Shown: in pieces, positions 10,250-19,553 of the stretch
How the letters are laid out: every line of letters begins with the position of its first letter
Numbering within the stretch: the stretch's first letter is position 1
NCBI GenBank assembly: GCA_015295835.1
Contig: DVEG01000020.1
Coordinates: 299,709 to 331,708, forward strand
Origin: Oscillatoriaceae cyanobacterium M7585_C2015_266
Lineage (GTDB): Bacteria; Cyanobacteriota; Cyanobacteriia; Cyanobacteriales; Oscillatoriaceae
DNA: 32,000 bases
Reading direction: 5' to 3'
Made by a program: the position numbers and the translations under genes
Notes under the pieces: model-generated
Seen by the model: the letters and a program-made list of their open reading frames with translations, nothing else
Databases searched by the model: none
Told to the model about the DNA's origin: nothing

Positions 10250-10262
10250 ATCAATTCAATCC

Positions 10263-11048
10263 TTAATATACTTTCTCAGAAAAAAACATTACTTGCCCGC
10301 CATAAGCGTTGTAGAGATTTTCTCGCGTTAGCACCTGCTGGCGCTTCCCAGTAGCGATAACTTCTTTATTCAGTAAAATTAAGTCGTCAAAGTAAGTAAT
10401 AGATTCTCCTAAATCGTGGTTGACAACAAGTACGATTTTGTCATCTGCCGCTAATTCGCGAAAAATTTTAAAAATGACATCTTGTGTTTTTTGATCGATA
10501 CCGACAAAAGGCTCATCAAAGCAAAAAATATCAGCTTCCTGCGCTAAAGCTCTAGCTAGAAACACCCGCTGTTGTTGCCCGCCAGAAAGTTCGCCAATAC
10601 GGCGAGCGCAATAGTCAAGCATCCCCACACGCTCCAATGCAGCAGCGGCAATTCGGCGACTCGTTGCAGAAAAACGCCGAAACCAGCCGGTTTTTCTCAC
10701 CCGCCCCATCATCACTACATCCCAAACCGTAGCGGGAAAACTCCAGTCAATTTGCGATCGCTGTGGAATATAAGCCACCCGCTGCAACTGGTTGTAAAGC
10801 GGCTGCCCAGCGTACAAAATCAACCCGCCCGTCGTAGGAATCAACCCCAGCATCGCCTTTAATAAAGTACTTTTACCTGCCCCATTAGGTCCAATAATCC
10901 CCGTCAGTCGCCCGCTGTAGATAGCACAACTCACATCTCGCAGTGCCTCTACATTGCGGTATCTCACTCCCAGGTGACTAATATTAATGCTTTGTTCCCC
11001 TTTTCCTGAATGGCAAAGAGCTTGGGGATAGAATAATTTAACCTTCAT
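10263..11048 (-). CDS. mntA: Metal (Mn/Zn) ABC transporter ATP-binding protein
   Basis: Walker A GPNGAGKST, signature LSGGQQQRV, Walker B IFCFDEPFVGID. Confidence 0.9.
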   Translation of the reverse strand: MKVKLFYPQALCHSGKGEQSINISHLGVRYRNVEALRDVSCAIYSGRLTGIIGPNGAGKSTLLKAMLGLIPTTGGLILYAGQPLYNQLQRVAYIPQRSQIDWSFPATVWDVVMMGRVRKTGWFRRFSATSRRIAAAALERVGMLDYCARRIGELSGGQQQRVFLARALAQEADIFCFDEPFVGIDQKTQDVIFKIFRELAADDKIVLVVNHDLGESITYFDDLILLNKEVIATGKRQQVLTRENLYNAYGGQVMFFSEKVY

Positions 11049-11144
11049 ATTTTCTTTTTCTAGTTGCTTTTTTTACAGCCTACCGCAAAAATGAAAACAA
11101 TATGAAAATTTTTATTAAAAAAAATAATAGTTAATATAAGGAAA

Positions 11145-11158
11145 AGTGATAGATCACT
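11145..11158. promoter_or_regulatory. Inverted repeat AGTGAT-AG-ATCACT in the divergent mntA/mntC intergenic region (candidate Fur/Zur-family operator)
   Basis: Perfect 6-2-6 palindrome 20 nt upstream of the mntC start, with TGAT/ATCA half-sites like Fur-family boxes. Confidence 0.3.
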
Positions 11159-11177
11159 AACTAAAAAACAGGCAGTG

Positions 11178-12158
11178 ATGAATGATCATAAAAATACCTC
11201 TAAAAACGGCAAAACCAGCACAGGGGGATACTTAGCAGTAGCGATCGCCCTTGGGCTGTGGTTGAGTGGGTGTATAACTGCAGCTAATAATCCCCAATCT
11301 CCCGAAAAACCCAAAGTCGTCGTTACCAATACCATTCTCCACAACCTTACTGAGCAGATAGCAAAAGACGAAATAAAACTCACCGGCATTCTCAAACCAG
11401 GAGCCGATCCCCACGTTTATGAACCCCTGCCCTCAGATAGCCTCGCCCTAGAAAAAGCTAACCTAATTTTGTATAATGGCTACAACCTGGAGGCTGGGCT
11501 AATCAAGCTGATAAAAGCAGCCGGCGTCAAAGCCAGGAAAGTAGCGGTAGGAGAAATCGTGCGCCCGCTACAAATGCAAAAAAATAACAAGAAAGTGCCC
11601 GATCCCCACGTTTGGGGCGATGTAAAAAATACCATTAAAATGGTTAAAGTAATCCAAGATGAGCTCTCGGCACTTTCCCCAGAAGATTCAAAGAAATTTA
11701 GCCAGAATGCAGCGCGACTGATAGACGAACTTACTCAATTGCATATATGGATTGGCCAACAAGTGGCCACTATTCCCCCGCATAAGCGTAAGCTGGTGAC
11801 AACTCACGATGCCTTTCAATATTATGCGCGGGCGTATGGATTAGAAGTAGTGGGAACCATTATCGGCATTAGTACCGAGGAGCAACCAAGTGCTCAGACT
11901 GTGCAACAATTGGTAAAGGCAATTCAAGCGACAGGGGTGCCGGCTATTTTTGCAGAAACGACGATAAATCCTGCTCTGATTTCAACAGTGGCGCGGGAAG
12001 CTAAGGTGAAGTTGGCGCCGCAACAACTCTATTCTGATTCGATTGGTGCGCCCAAGAGTGTGGCAGATTCTTATATTAAAATGATGGTGGCTAATACGCG
12101 CGCTATTGTAGAAGCGTTGGGCGGAAAGTATACTCCATTTGAGCTGAATAACTTGTAG
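11178..12158 (+). CDS. mntC: Metal (Mn/Zn) ABC transporter substrate-binding lipoprotein (TroA/cluster-9)
   Basis: Lipobox LWLSGC and two DPHV motifs (GADPHVYEP, PDPHVWGD). There is no His-rich loop, so a Mn-type protein is slightly favoured over ZnuA. Confidence 0.85.
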   Translation: MNDHKNTSKNGKTSTGGYLAVAIALGLWLSGCITAANNPQSPEKPKVVVTNTILHNLTEQIAKDEIKLTGILKPGADPHVYEPLPSDSLALEKANLILYNGYNLEAGLIKLIKAAGVKARKVAVGEIVRPLQMQKNNKKVPDPHVWGDVKNTIKMVKVIQDELSALSPEDSKKFSQNAARLIDELTQLHIWIGQQVATIPPHKRKLVTTHDAFQYYARAYGLEVVGTIIGISTEEQPSAQTVQQLVKAIQATGVPAIFAETTINPALISTVAREAKVKLAPQQLYSDSIGAPKSVADSYIKMMVANTRAIVEALGGKYTPFELNNL

Positions 12159-12187
12159 CGAGCGCCCTTCTTTAAAATTCCCCAGCC

Positions 12188-13522
12188 ATGAACGAAAAAA
12201 AACGACCTATCGGCGTAGATTTATTCGCAGGTGCTGGCGGCATGACTCTCGGCTTTGAACAAGCCGGTTTTGATGTCCTCGCTGCAGTAGAAATTGACCC
12301 CATCCACTGCGCAACCCACGAATATAATTTCCCTTTTTGGTCGATTTTGTGTAAAAATATTGTCGATACTACTGCTGCAGAAATTAGGGAAAAGTCAAAA
12401 ATAGGCGAACGCGATATTGATGTAGTATTTGGTGGCCCTCCTTGTCAAGGCTTTTCTTTAATGGGAAAACGTGCTATTGATGACCCCCGCAACAGCCTCG
12501 TTTTTCATTTCCTGCGCCTTGTTTTAGAACTAAAACCGAAATATTTCGTTATGGAAAATGTCCCGGGAATGACTCTCGGTAATCATAAATATTTTCTTGA
12601 AAAATTGATAAATGAATTTAAAAAAAATGGTTATAAGGTAGAGGAAGATTATCGAATTCTTAATGCTGCTCATTATGGCGTGCCACAGCATCGAGAAAGA
12701 TTATTTCTCCTGGGATGCAGGCAGGATTTACCACTGCCGAAATATCCTCAACCAATAACGAAACCCGCTAAATGCAATGGGGATTATTCTCCTGAGCTGT
12801 CGCTATTGCCAGCAAGCCCAACAGTACAAGATGCGATCGCTGATTTACCAGAAGTCGAAAACTACCCAGATTTGTTTACAAAAGATTGGGTTTTAGATGC
12901 CAAATATAAAAAATATAGCGAGTACAGTTGGCGACTACGTCACCCTCATCTAGTAAAAGACGATTACTCATATCCGCGCAGCTTAGAATCGGGAAAACCC
13001 CTGAATTCATCCTTACTAACTTGCAGTTTATTGACAAAACATTCTCCCACATCAAGAGAAAGATTTGCTGCTACCAAAAGCGGCAAGATTGAGCCAATTA
13101 GTCGCTTTCACAAACTCGATCCCCAAGGAATTTGCAATACCCTTAGAGCAGGAACCGCAAGCAATCGCGGTGCTTTTACCTCCCCTCGCCCAATTCATCC
13201 CTATAAGCCAAGATGCATAACTGTGCGAGAAGCAGCCCGCTTGCATTCCTATCCTGATTGGTTTCGATTTCATAGTACAATATGGCACGGATTTCGGCAA
13301 GTGGGAAATTCTGTACCGCCTCTGTTGGCAAAAGCAGTAGCATCAGAAATTATACGCGCTCTGGGTGTAGAAATAGAGAAGCCAAAAAAAAAGCAATCGC
13401 TGGGAGATAGTAAATTACTCGAAATGACTATGTCACAAGCAGCACAATTTTATCAAGTCGATAATCATGTCATTGAGCAGCGAATAAAAAGCGATCGCCC
13501 AATGAAAAACTATCGATGTTAA
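12188..13522 (+). CDS. dcm: DNA (cytosine-5)-methyltransferase, orphan
   Basis: All canonical m5C motifs are present: I DLFAGAGG, IV GGPPCQGFS, VI ENVPGM, VIII QHRERLF, IX TVREAARLHSYPD, X QVGNSVPPLLA. Confidence 0.92.
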   Translation: MNEKKRPIGVDLFAGAGGMTLGFEQAGFDVLAAVEIDPIHCATHEYNFPFWSILCKNIVDTTAAEIREKSKIGERDIDVVFGGPPCQGFSLMGKRAIDDPRNSLVFHFLRLVLELKPKYFVMENVPGMTLGNHKYFLEKLINEFKKNGYKVEEDYRILNAAHYGVPQHRERLFLLGCRQDLPLPKYPQPITKPAKCNGDYSPELSLLPASPTVQDAIADLPEVENYPDLFTKDWVLDAKYKKYSEYSWRLRHPHLVKDDYSYPRSLESGKPLNSSLLTCSLLTKHSPTSRERFAATKSGKIEPISRFHKLDPQGICNTLRAGTASNRGAFTSPRPIHPYKPRCITVREAARLHSYPDWFRFHSTIWHGFRQVGNSVPPLLAKAVASEIIRALGVEIEKPKKKQSLGDSKLLEMTMSQAAQFYQVDNHVIEQRIKSDRPMKNYRC

Positions 13523-13622
13523 ACTAAAAAATAATCGGGGAAAAATAACAAACAAATGACAGAACCGGGTACCATATCCTATAAATTGGCAAAAACATAA
13601 CAGCAAAGCTGGGAAAACACTC

Positions 13623-14903
13623 GTGCTCGATATCAAGCAAATCAGAGAAAATCCACAAGCAATACAAGAGCGCCTAAACCGGCGTGGCAGCAACTACGAT
13701 ATAAAACCGATTTTGGCTCTCGACGAGCAACAGCGGCAACTGGAGAAACAACGCTCCTACCTACAAGCTCGCAGCAACGAAATAGGCAAACTCGTCGGTA
13801 AAAAAATCAAAGCCGGTGCCAAACCCGACGAGCCTGAAATTCTTGCCCTCAAAGAAGAAGGCAACCAAATCAAAATCCAACTGAGCGAACTCGAACCCCA
13901 GGAAAAAAATCTTAAAGCTCAGATAGAAGAATTGCTACTCAACCTCCCTAACCTGCCAAGCGATTCTACCCCTATCGGCAAAGATGAAACAGAAAACGTA
14001 GAAGTACGCCGTTGGGGCGACGAGTATATTCCCCAAAGCAAAAACATCCTCCCCCACTGGGAAATAGGGGAAAAATTAGGTATTCTTAATTTCGAGCGCT
14101 CAGTCAAAATAGCTCAAAGTCGGTTTGTTACCCTAATCGGGGCAGGTGCGGTACTAGAGCGAGCGCTAATTAATTTCATGCTCGACACACAAATCCGCGC
14201 CGGCTATATAGAAATGATGCCGCCGATTTTGATTAACAGCAACTCCCTCACCGGCACAGGGCAGTTACCCAAATTTGCCGAAGAAAGTTTCAAGTGCGCT
14301 GAAGATGACTTATGGCTGGCTCCCACTGCCGAAGTGCCAGTGACAAATTTCTATCGGGATGAAATTCTCGCAGCAGAAGATTTACCTATTTATTACTGTG
14401 CTTATACCCCCTGTTTCCGCCGCGAAGCTGGTAGTTACGGTAAAGATACGCGCGGATTGATCCGCTTGCATCAATTTAATAAAGTCGAATTGGTGAAATT
14501 CGTTCATCCCAGCACCTCCGAACAAGAGCATCAAGCCCTCGTGCGCAACGCTGAAGCTATTTTGCAAGCCCTTAAATTGCCCTATCGCGTTATGGAGCTG
14601 TGTACAGGCGATTTGGGCTTTGCAGCGGCAAAGTGCTACGACTTAGAAGTGTGGCTGCCCTCTGCCGGCAAATATCGCGAGATTTCTAGCTGCTCCAACT
14701 TTGGCGATTTTCAAGCGCGCCGTGCCAATATTCGTTTTAAAGAAGCCGGGAAAAAAGGAACTCAGTTCGTGCATACTCTTAATGGCTCCGGTTTGGCAAT
14801 AGGAAGAACAATGGCAGCAATTCTGGAAAATTATCAGCAACCAGATGGTACGATTCGTATCCCTGAAGTGTTGCAACCTTATTTGGGGCGAGAAGTACTT
14901 TAG
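13623..14903 (+). CDS. serS: Seryl-tRNA synthetase
   Basis: GTG start, [12 protein letters not shown]-terminus with a coiled-coil arm, class II motif 2 ([21 protein letters not shown]) and motif 3 ([18 protein letters not shown]). Confidence 0.95.
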   Translation: MLDIKQIRENPQAIQERLNRRGSNYDIKPILALDEQQRQLEKQRSYLQARSNEIGKLVGKKIKAGAKPDEPEILALKEEGNQIKIQLSELEPQEKNLKAQIEELLLNLPNLPSDSTPIGKDETENVEVRRWGDEYIPQSKNILPHWEIGEKLGILNFERSVKIAQSRFVTLIGAGAVLERALINFMLDTQIRAGYIEMMPPILINSNSLTGTGQLPKFAEESFKCAEDDLWLAPTAEVPVTNFYRDEILAAEDLPIYYCAYTPCFRREAGSYGKDTRGLIRLHQFNKVELVKFVHPSTSEQEHQALVRNAEAILQALKLPYRVMELCTGDLGFAAAKCYDLEVWLPSAGKYREISSCSNFGDFQARRANIRFKEAGKKGTQFVHTLNGSGLAIGRTMAAILENYQQPDGTIRIPEVLQPYLGREVL

Positions 14904-14923
14904 CAACTAGGGGCTGGGAACCG

Positions 14924-14950
14924 GGTTTCTTTCCAGAAACCAGGTTTCTG
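14924..14950 (+). terminator. Candidate serS terminator hairpin
   Basis: GGTTTCT (14924-14930) pairs with AGAAACC (14935-14941) around loop TTCC, followed by AGGTTTCTG. The flanking near-repeat GAACCGGGTTTC/GAAACCAGGTTTC allows alternative folds. Confidence 0.35.
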
Positions 14951-15115
14951 CTAGCCATACTTGACAAAAAGCAATTTATGGTGTATGTGGAAATAATTTG
15001 TTTTGGCAGTCAACACTGCAAAGCCAAACAACAAGCTCAGAATACGTCAGAATAAGAAAAGGCTTGATTATATCAAGTCTGAAGAACCTTAGCAGAGTTT
15101 TATTGGAATTATTTC

Positions 15116-16213
15116 ATGTCTGTTTTGGCAGTTTTGCAGGCGATCGCAGTTCTAGCGCTCCTAATTTTAGTGCACGAACTAGGTCACTTCATGGCAGCGC
15201 GACTGCAGGGAATTCACGTCAACCGCTTCTCAATCGGATTTGGACCAATTTTGTGGAAATACCAAGGAGCAGAAACCGAATACGCTATTCGCGGCTTTCC
15301 CCTTGGAGGCTTTGTCGGCTTCCCCGATGACGATCCAGACAGTCAGATACCGCCTAATGATCCAAATTTATTGCGGAATCGCCCTCTATTCGACAGAGCG
15401 ATCGTCATCAGTGCAGGAGTAATCGCAAATTTGGTTTTTGCCTACCTGTTGCTCGTATCTCAAGTGGGCATCGTCGGCATCCCCAGAGCCAACCAACCCG
15501 GAGTCTTGATTCCCGAAATCGTCTCGCAAACCAGTTCGGCAGCATTAAAAGCGGGAATCCAACCAAAAGATGTAATTTTAGCGGTGAACGGTAAAGATGT
15601 AGGGTATGCACCCAACGCCATCATCTATTTAAAAAAAGAAATTGAATCCCATGCCAACCAACCTCTGAATCTAACGGTACAGCGAGGGGAAATCATTCTC
15701 AATATCACCGTTACGCCGCAAACGGGCGAAGACGGCAAAGGCAAAATTGGCGTGGGATTGGCTGCCAACGGCGAAATCGTACGCCAGCGAGTCGGCAATA
15801 TTTTCGCAGCTTTTAAAGAAGCAGCTAAAGAATTTCAGCGCCTCGTTACTCTCACTGTTCAAGGATTCGGGCAGTTGCTCGGTAATTTTAGCAAAACCGC
15901 TGAGCAAGTAGCAGGACCTGTTAAAATTGTCGCCATCGGTGCTAATATCGCTCAATCAGATGCCGCTAGTTTATTTGAATTCGCCGCTCTTATCAGCATC
16001 AACCTCGCTTTGATTAATATATTGCCCTTACCCGCTCTCGATGGCGGGCAGTTGGCTTTCCTGCTCTTAGAAGGGCTGCGCGGCAAACCTTTGCCTACTC
16101 ATATCCAAGATGGCGTCATGCAAACCGGCTTGATGTTAATTCTGGGTTTGGGTATTTTTCTGATTATCCGCGATACTAGCCAACTACCAGCTATTCAGCA
16201 GTTGTTTGAATAG
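15116..16213 (+). CDS. rseP: RIP site-2 zinc metalloprotease RseP
   Basis: HELGH zinc motif in the first TM helix, a central PDZ region, and the C-terminal NLALINILPLPALDGG motif. Confidence 0.9.
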   Translation: MSVLAVLQAIAVLALLILVHELGHFMAARLQGIHVNRFSIGFGPILWKYQGAETEYAIRGFPLGGFVGFPDDDPDSQIPPNDPNLLRNRPLFDRAIVISAGVIANLVFAYLLLVSQVGIVGIPRANQPGVLIPEIVSQTSSAALKAGIQPKDVILAVNGKDVGYAPNAIIYLKKEIESHANQPLNLTVQRGEIILNITVTPQTGEDGKGKIGVGLAANGEIVRQRVGNIFAAFKEAAKEFQRLVTLTVQGFGQLLGNFSKTAEQVAGPVKIVAIGANIAQSDAASLFEFAALISINLALINILPLPALDGGQLAFLLLEGLRGKPLPTHIQDGVMQTGLMLILGLGIFLIIRDTSQLPAIQQLFE

Positions 16214-16320
16214 TTCAAGTGGCTACTAATAATCAAAGAATTAACTTGATTGTTAGTTATTTTCTATTCCTAATCCGCCCTATGCCAATCCGCCCTATGC
16301 TATAAATTTTATGTCTGCCA

Positions 16321-17004
16321 ATGAATATCACGCGCAAATGGTCTTCTAAAAAACAGCGGGCGTTAGAAATTTTGATTCGCCTGAAGCGTCTTTATCCAAA
16401 TGCCACCTGTACACTCAACTATTCAACGCCTTTACAGTTACTGGTGGCAACTATTTTGTCTGCTCAATGTACTGATGAACGGGTGAATCAGGTGACGCCG
16501 GCTTTATTTAGTCGTTTTCCTGATGCGGCTGCGATCGCAACAGCCGATATTACTGAACTCGAAAACCTCATTCGCCCCACTGGCTTTTATCGCAATAAGG
16601 CTAAAAATATCCAAGGCGCTTGCCGTCAAATCGTAGAAAAATACAAAGGTAAAGTGCCACAGCGGATGGAGCAGCTTCTCGAATTACCAGGAGTTGCAAG
16701 AAAAACAGCTAACGTCGTACTCGCCTACGCTTTTGGCATCAATCAGGGCGTCACTGTCGATACCCATGTTAAGCGTCTTAGCAATCGTCTAGGCTTGACT
16801 AAACATAGCGATCCTATCCGCATCGAACGAGATTTAATCCGACTCTTGCCCCAAGAAGATTGGGAAAATTGCTCAATTCGTCTGATTTATCATGGGCGAG
16901 CAGTCTGTACTGCGAAAAAACCTGCTTGTCACGCTTGTGCCTTGGCTGATTTGTGCCCCTCTGCTACGATTAGCGCTTCTCCAGCGCCAGAATTGATCTC
17001 TTAA
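16321..17004 (+). CDS. nth: Endonuclease III
   Basis: HhH motif LPGVARKTANVVL, catalytic-region VDTHV, and 4Fe-4S ligands with C-x6-C-x2-C-x5-C spacing (CTAKKPACHACALADLC). Confidence 0.95.
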   Translation: MNITRKWSSKKQRALEILIRLKRLYPNATCTLNYSTPLQLLVATILSAQCTDERVNQVTPALFSRFPDAAAIATADITELENLIRPTGFYRNKAKNIQGACRQIVEKYKGKVPQRMEQLLELPGVARKTANVVLAYAFGINQGVTVDTHVKRLSNRLGLTKHSDPIRIERDLIRLLPQEDWENCSIRLIYHGRAVCTAKKPACHACALADLCPSATISASPAPELIS

Positions 17005-17139
17005 TCAAATTTGAAGTGAGTTTTGCACGTCAAAAATAATCAAAAATAATTTTTACATTCCCTACTGTACCCTTCCGCCAAAGGAAAAAAATGCGATAGA
17101 ATTTAAAATGCTGTCTTTTTTGGGAGCTGAGAATTATTC

Positions 17140-17442
17140 ATGGCTAAAAAGAGCATGATTGAGCGGGAAAAGAAACGCCGCAGGTTAGTGGAAAAGTACG
17201 CTCAGAAGCGGGAAGAGTTAAAAAAGCAGTTTGCCGCCGCTGAGACTCTTGAAGAAAAAATTGCTATCCACCGCAAAATACAGCAGCTACCCCGCAATAG
17301 CGCTCCCACTCGCCTGCGTAACCGCTGCTGGCTTACAGGGCGCCCTAGAGGCTACTACCGCGACTTTGGCTTGTCTCGCCATGTGATTCGAGAAATGGCT
17401 CACCAAGGGTTGCTCCCCGGTGTGGTTAAGTCTAGCTGGTAG
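17140..17442 (+). CDS. rpsN: 30S ribosomal protein S14 (long form, no zinc ribbon)
   Basis: 100 aa: [13 protein letters not shown]...[21 protein letters not shown]...LPGVVKSSW. Confidence 0.95.
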   Translation: MAKKSMIEREKKRRRLVEKYAQKREELKKQFAAAETLEEKIAIHRKIQQLPRNSAPTRLRNRCWLTGRPRGYYRDFGLSRHVIREMAHQGLLPGVVKSSW

Positions 17443-17471
17443 AAAAAGTCTAGTCGTGTTTTCGTTTATCG

Positions 17472-17828
17472 CTATCTACCACAGCAGCGCTCTATTCCCA
17501 TTTTCTCCATTAGTAAGTCGCTTACTGCATTGGCAACGACAAACTCGCTGTAGAAGCTCTTGGAAAAGTCAAATCCCTGTAGCTCAGTTACGATAGCGAT
17601 AATGATTGCGCCCAAGTCATTCTCGCCTTCCATCCGCTGTCGAAAATAGACTTGGGCTGCATGTCTGGCAATCTGCTCATTTATCGGCTCTGGAATGTAT
17701 TGTTGATTGAGCCATTGGTGGAGGGTGTTTTGCAGCCATTCGCTCTCCTGAAGGAGCTCTTTGGCTGGGGGGAGAATGACGGGGGAAATTGGCTCAGACA
17801 TAACGTTATTATTACAGCAATTTTTCAA
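17472..17828 (-). CDS. Hypothetical protein
   Basis: 118-aa ORF with no motif I can name. The true start may be the internal Met at 17801 (MSEPISPV...). Confidence 0.45.
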   Translation of the reverse strand: MKNCCNNNVMSEPISPVILPPAKELLQESEWLQNTLHQWLNQQYIPEPINEQIARHAAQVYFRQRMEGENDLGAIIIAIVTELQGFDFSKSFYSEFVVANAVSDLLMEKMGIERCCGR

Positions 17829-17994
17829 AATGTTAAAGGAAGGCGATCGCTCTGAACAGTATCCTTACGATAAGATAATAGATTTTTATAGAATTTGAGG
17901 GTTCCCCCCGCTCGCCTTATGAAAAATTTGTTAAGAATTATAAAATAACGGATAAAATCAGGCAACTAACTGATATAATTGTCAACTAGAAGGA

Positions 17995-18573
17995 ATGAAA
18001 TTTGACATTCCAGCTATAATCCAGGGATACGCCCAAGGCTACTTTCTCATGTCTAATGACGGCGAAGAGAATTTGCAGTGGTATTACAGCCGTCAGCGGG
18101 CGCTGATTCCCCTCGATGAGCGCTTTCGTTACCCGCGCTCCCTAAAACGCTTCCTCAACCAAGAACGTTTTAGCGTCGCCATCAACCGCGACTTTAAAGC
18201 TGTTGTCGAAGGGTGTGCTAACCGAAAAACAACCTGGATTTCCCCAATTTTAAAAGAAATTTACTGGGAATTATACAAAGCTGGATGGGCATATAGTTTT
18301 GAAACCTGGCAAGGAGACGAGCTCGCAGGTGGAATTTTAGGGATAGTAATTGGGGGAGCTTTTATCGGCGAATCAATGTTTTACCGAATTGCCAATGGCT
18401 CAAAAGTAGCGATGGTGAAATTAGTAGAAAGATTGCGAGCGCGTCAATTTGTATTATTCGACGCCCAAATAAACAATCCCCATCTAGAGCGTTTCGGAGC
18501 ATATATTGTCAGCGCCCAAGAGTATCAAAAACTGCTGCAAAAAGCCTTGCAACGCCGCTGTTATTTAGATTGA
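17995..18573 (+). CDS. aat: Leucyl/phenylalanyl-tRNA--protein transferase
   Basis: 192 aa. Pattern GYFLM...WISP...[26 protein letters not shown]...GESMF is typical of Aat. Confidence 0.88.
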   Translation: MKFDIPAIIQGYAQGYFLMSNDGEENLQWYYSRQRALIPLDERFRYPRSLKRFLNQERFSVAINRDFKAVVEGCANRKTTWISPILKEIYWELYKAGWAYSFETWQGDELAGGILGIVIGGAFIGESMFYRIANGSKVAMVKLVERLRARQFVLFDAQINNPHLERFGAYIVSAQEYQKLLQKALQRRCYLD

Positions 18574-18590
18574 TTTTACTATGTTTATGG

Positions 18591-18623
18591 TAAAAAATGG
18601 GGCGGAAAATACAGACACGCCCC
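18591..18623 (-). terminator. Intrinsic terminator of the DUF3598 gene
   Basis: GGGGCG (18599-18604) pairs with CGCCCC (18618-18623). On the minus strand the hairpin is followed by ATTTTTTA (plus-strand A-run 18592-18597), 25 nt after the stop codon. Confidence 0.6.
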
Positions 18624-18647
18624 TACCCTAAAGAGCGAGGGAATTTT

Positions 18648-19502
18648 TCAAATGCTTAATTTGTGTTCGTTGACAAGGGTGAGGCTAATCCATTCGCCTT
18701 TCTCGTTATAGCTGCGAATTAGTCTTTGTCGCCAATCCGGCTTTATCAGCCAACCTACTTCTAAAAAAAACGGTGAATGTAATTTTACTTGTTCGGGAGA
18801 GGTAGCAGAGGCTCCGTCAGGAAGCAACAAAACTTGCATTGGTAAGGCTCCTTGATTAAATCGTAGCACTTTTTCGCTGACTGAACCGATAGATTCAATA
18901 GTTTTTCGTTCTGCACCACAACCAAAAGTTAGCCGCTGCACAACCGAGCCAGAAAGTGTTTCGTGTAATTCCAGATAAGTGCTGTAGTTATCAGGCGCTC
19001 GCCAATCTGGATAAAGAGTCACTGCTTCTCCTTGCCACTTACCCAGCAATTGCTGTAGCGTAAGAGGCGGGCGCTCTGTTGCGTTGGTGCCGGCTCGCAT
19101 TTCTCGAATCAGGGTAAATTGAGATAATTTGCCGCTACTGTTGTAAAGCTGCACCAGTCTCATGCGGCGATTCTCCGCAACAAAACCGAATTCTGCTCCA
19201 AACTCTGAATAGGGAGCTAGTTGCATCGAGCCTTGAGAAAATGCACCATTCTCGAAAAATAAAATATCCCGCGCCAAACAATTATATTCTCGTACCAGTT
19301 CACTAACTTTGCCGTCGCTAGAACCCTCAGCAGAGGAGGAGAAACGACGAAGTGTTAGGCGAACTTTTTGATTGCCCTCCAAGCCTTCCAATAACAAAAG
19401 GCTGGCAGTACTCTCTAATATTTCTCCCTTGGGGGAAATTTGGGTAAATGATCCTTGCCACTCGCCGAGATTTCGCAAAAAGTTGTCCCACTGCGATGCC
19501 AT
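18648..19502 (-). CDS. DUF3598-family protein (cyanobacterial, unknown function)
   Basis: 284 aa. The N-terminus WDNFLRNLGEWQGSF, with a second half repeating ...LLGKWQGEAVTLYPD..., is as I recall for DUF3598. Confidence 0.65.
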   Translation of the reverse strand: MASQWDNFLRNLGEWQGSFTQISPKGEILESTASLLLLEGLEGNQKVRLTLRRFSSSAEGSSDGKVSELVREYNCLARDILFFENGAFSQGSMQLAPYSEFGAEFGFVAENRRMRLVQLYNSSGKLSQFTLIREMRAGTNATERPPLTLQQLLGKWQGEAVTLYPDWRAPDNYSTYLELHETLSGSVVQRLTFGCGAERKTIESIGSVSEKVLRFNQGALPMQVLLLPDGASATSPEQVKLHSPFFLEVGWLIKPDWRQRLIRSYNEKGEWISLTLVNEHKLSI

Positions 19503-19553
19503 TGTTTTTGTTTTAGGTAGTAGTAGTTTTTATATTTTTTTCGATTGACTGCC

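Noticed and set aside
12159-13622. A restriction endonuclease, Vsr or mobile-element partner for the cytosine methyltransferase
   Set aside because: The flanks are mntC (29 nt upstream) and serS (100 nt downstream). There is no room for another gene, so I call the MTase an orphan rather than part of an R-M system.
14998-15330. 110-aa plus-strand ORF upstream of and overlapping rseP
   Set aside because: It is out of frame with rseP and overlaps it. It has no ribosome-binding site or motif. rseP has a canonical HELGH N-terminus starting at 15116.
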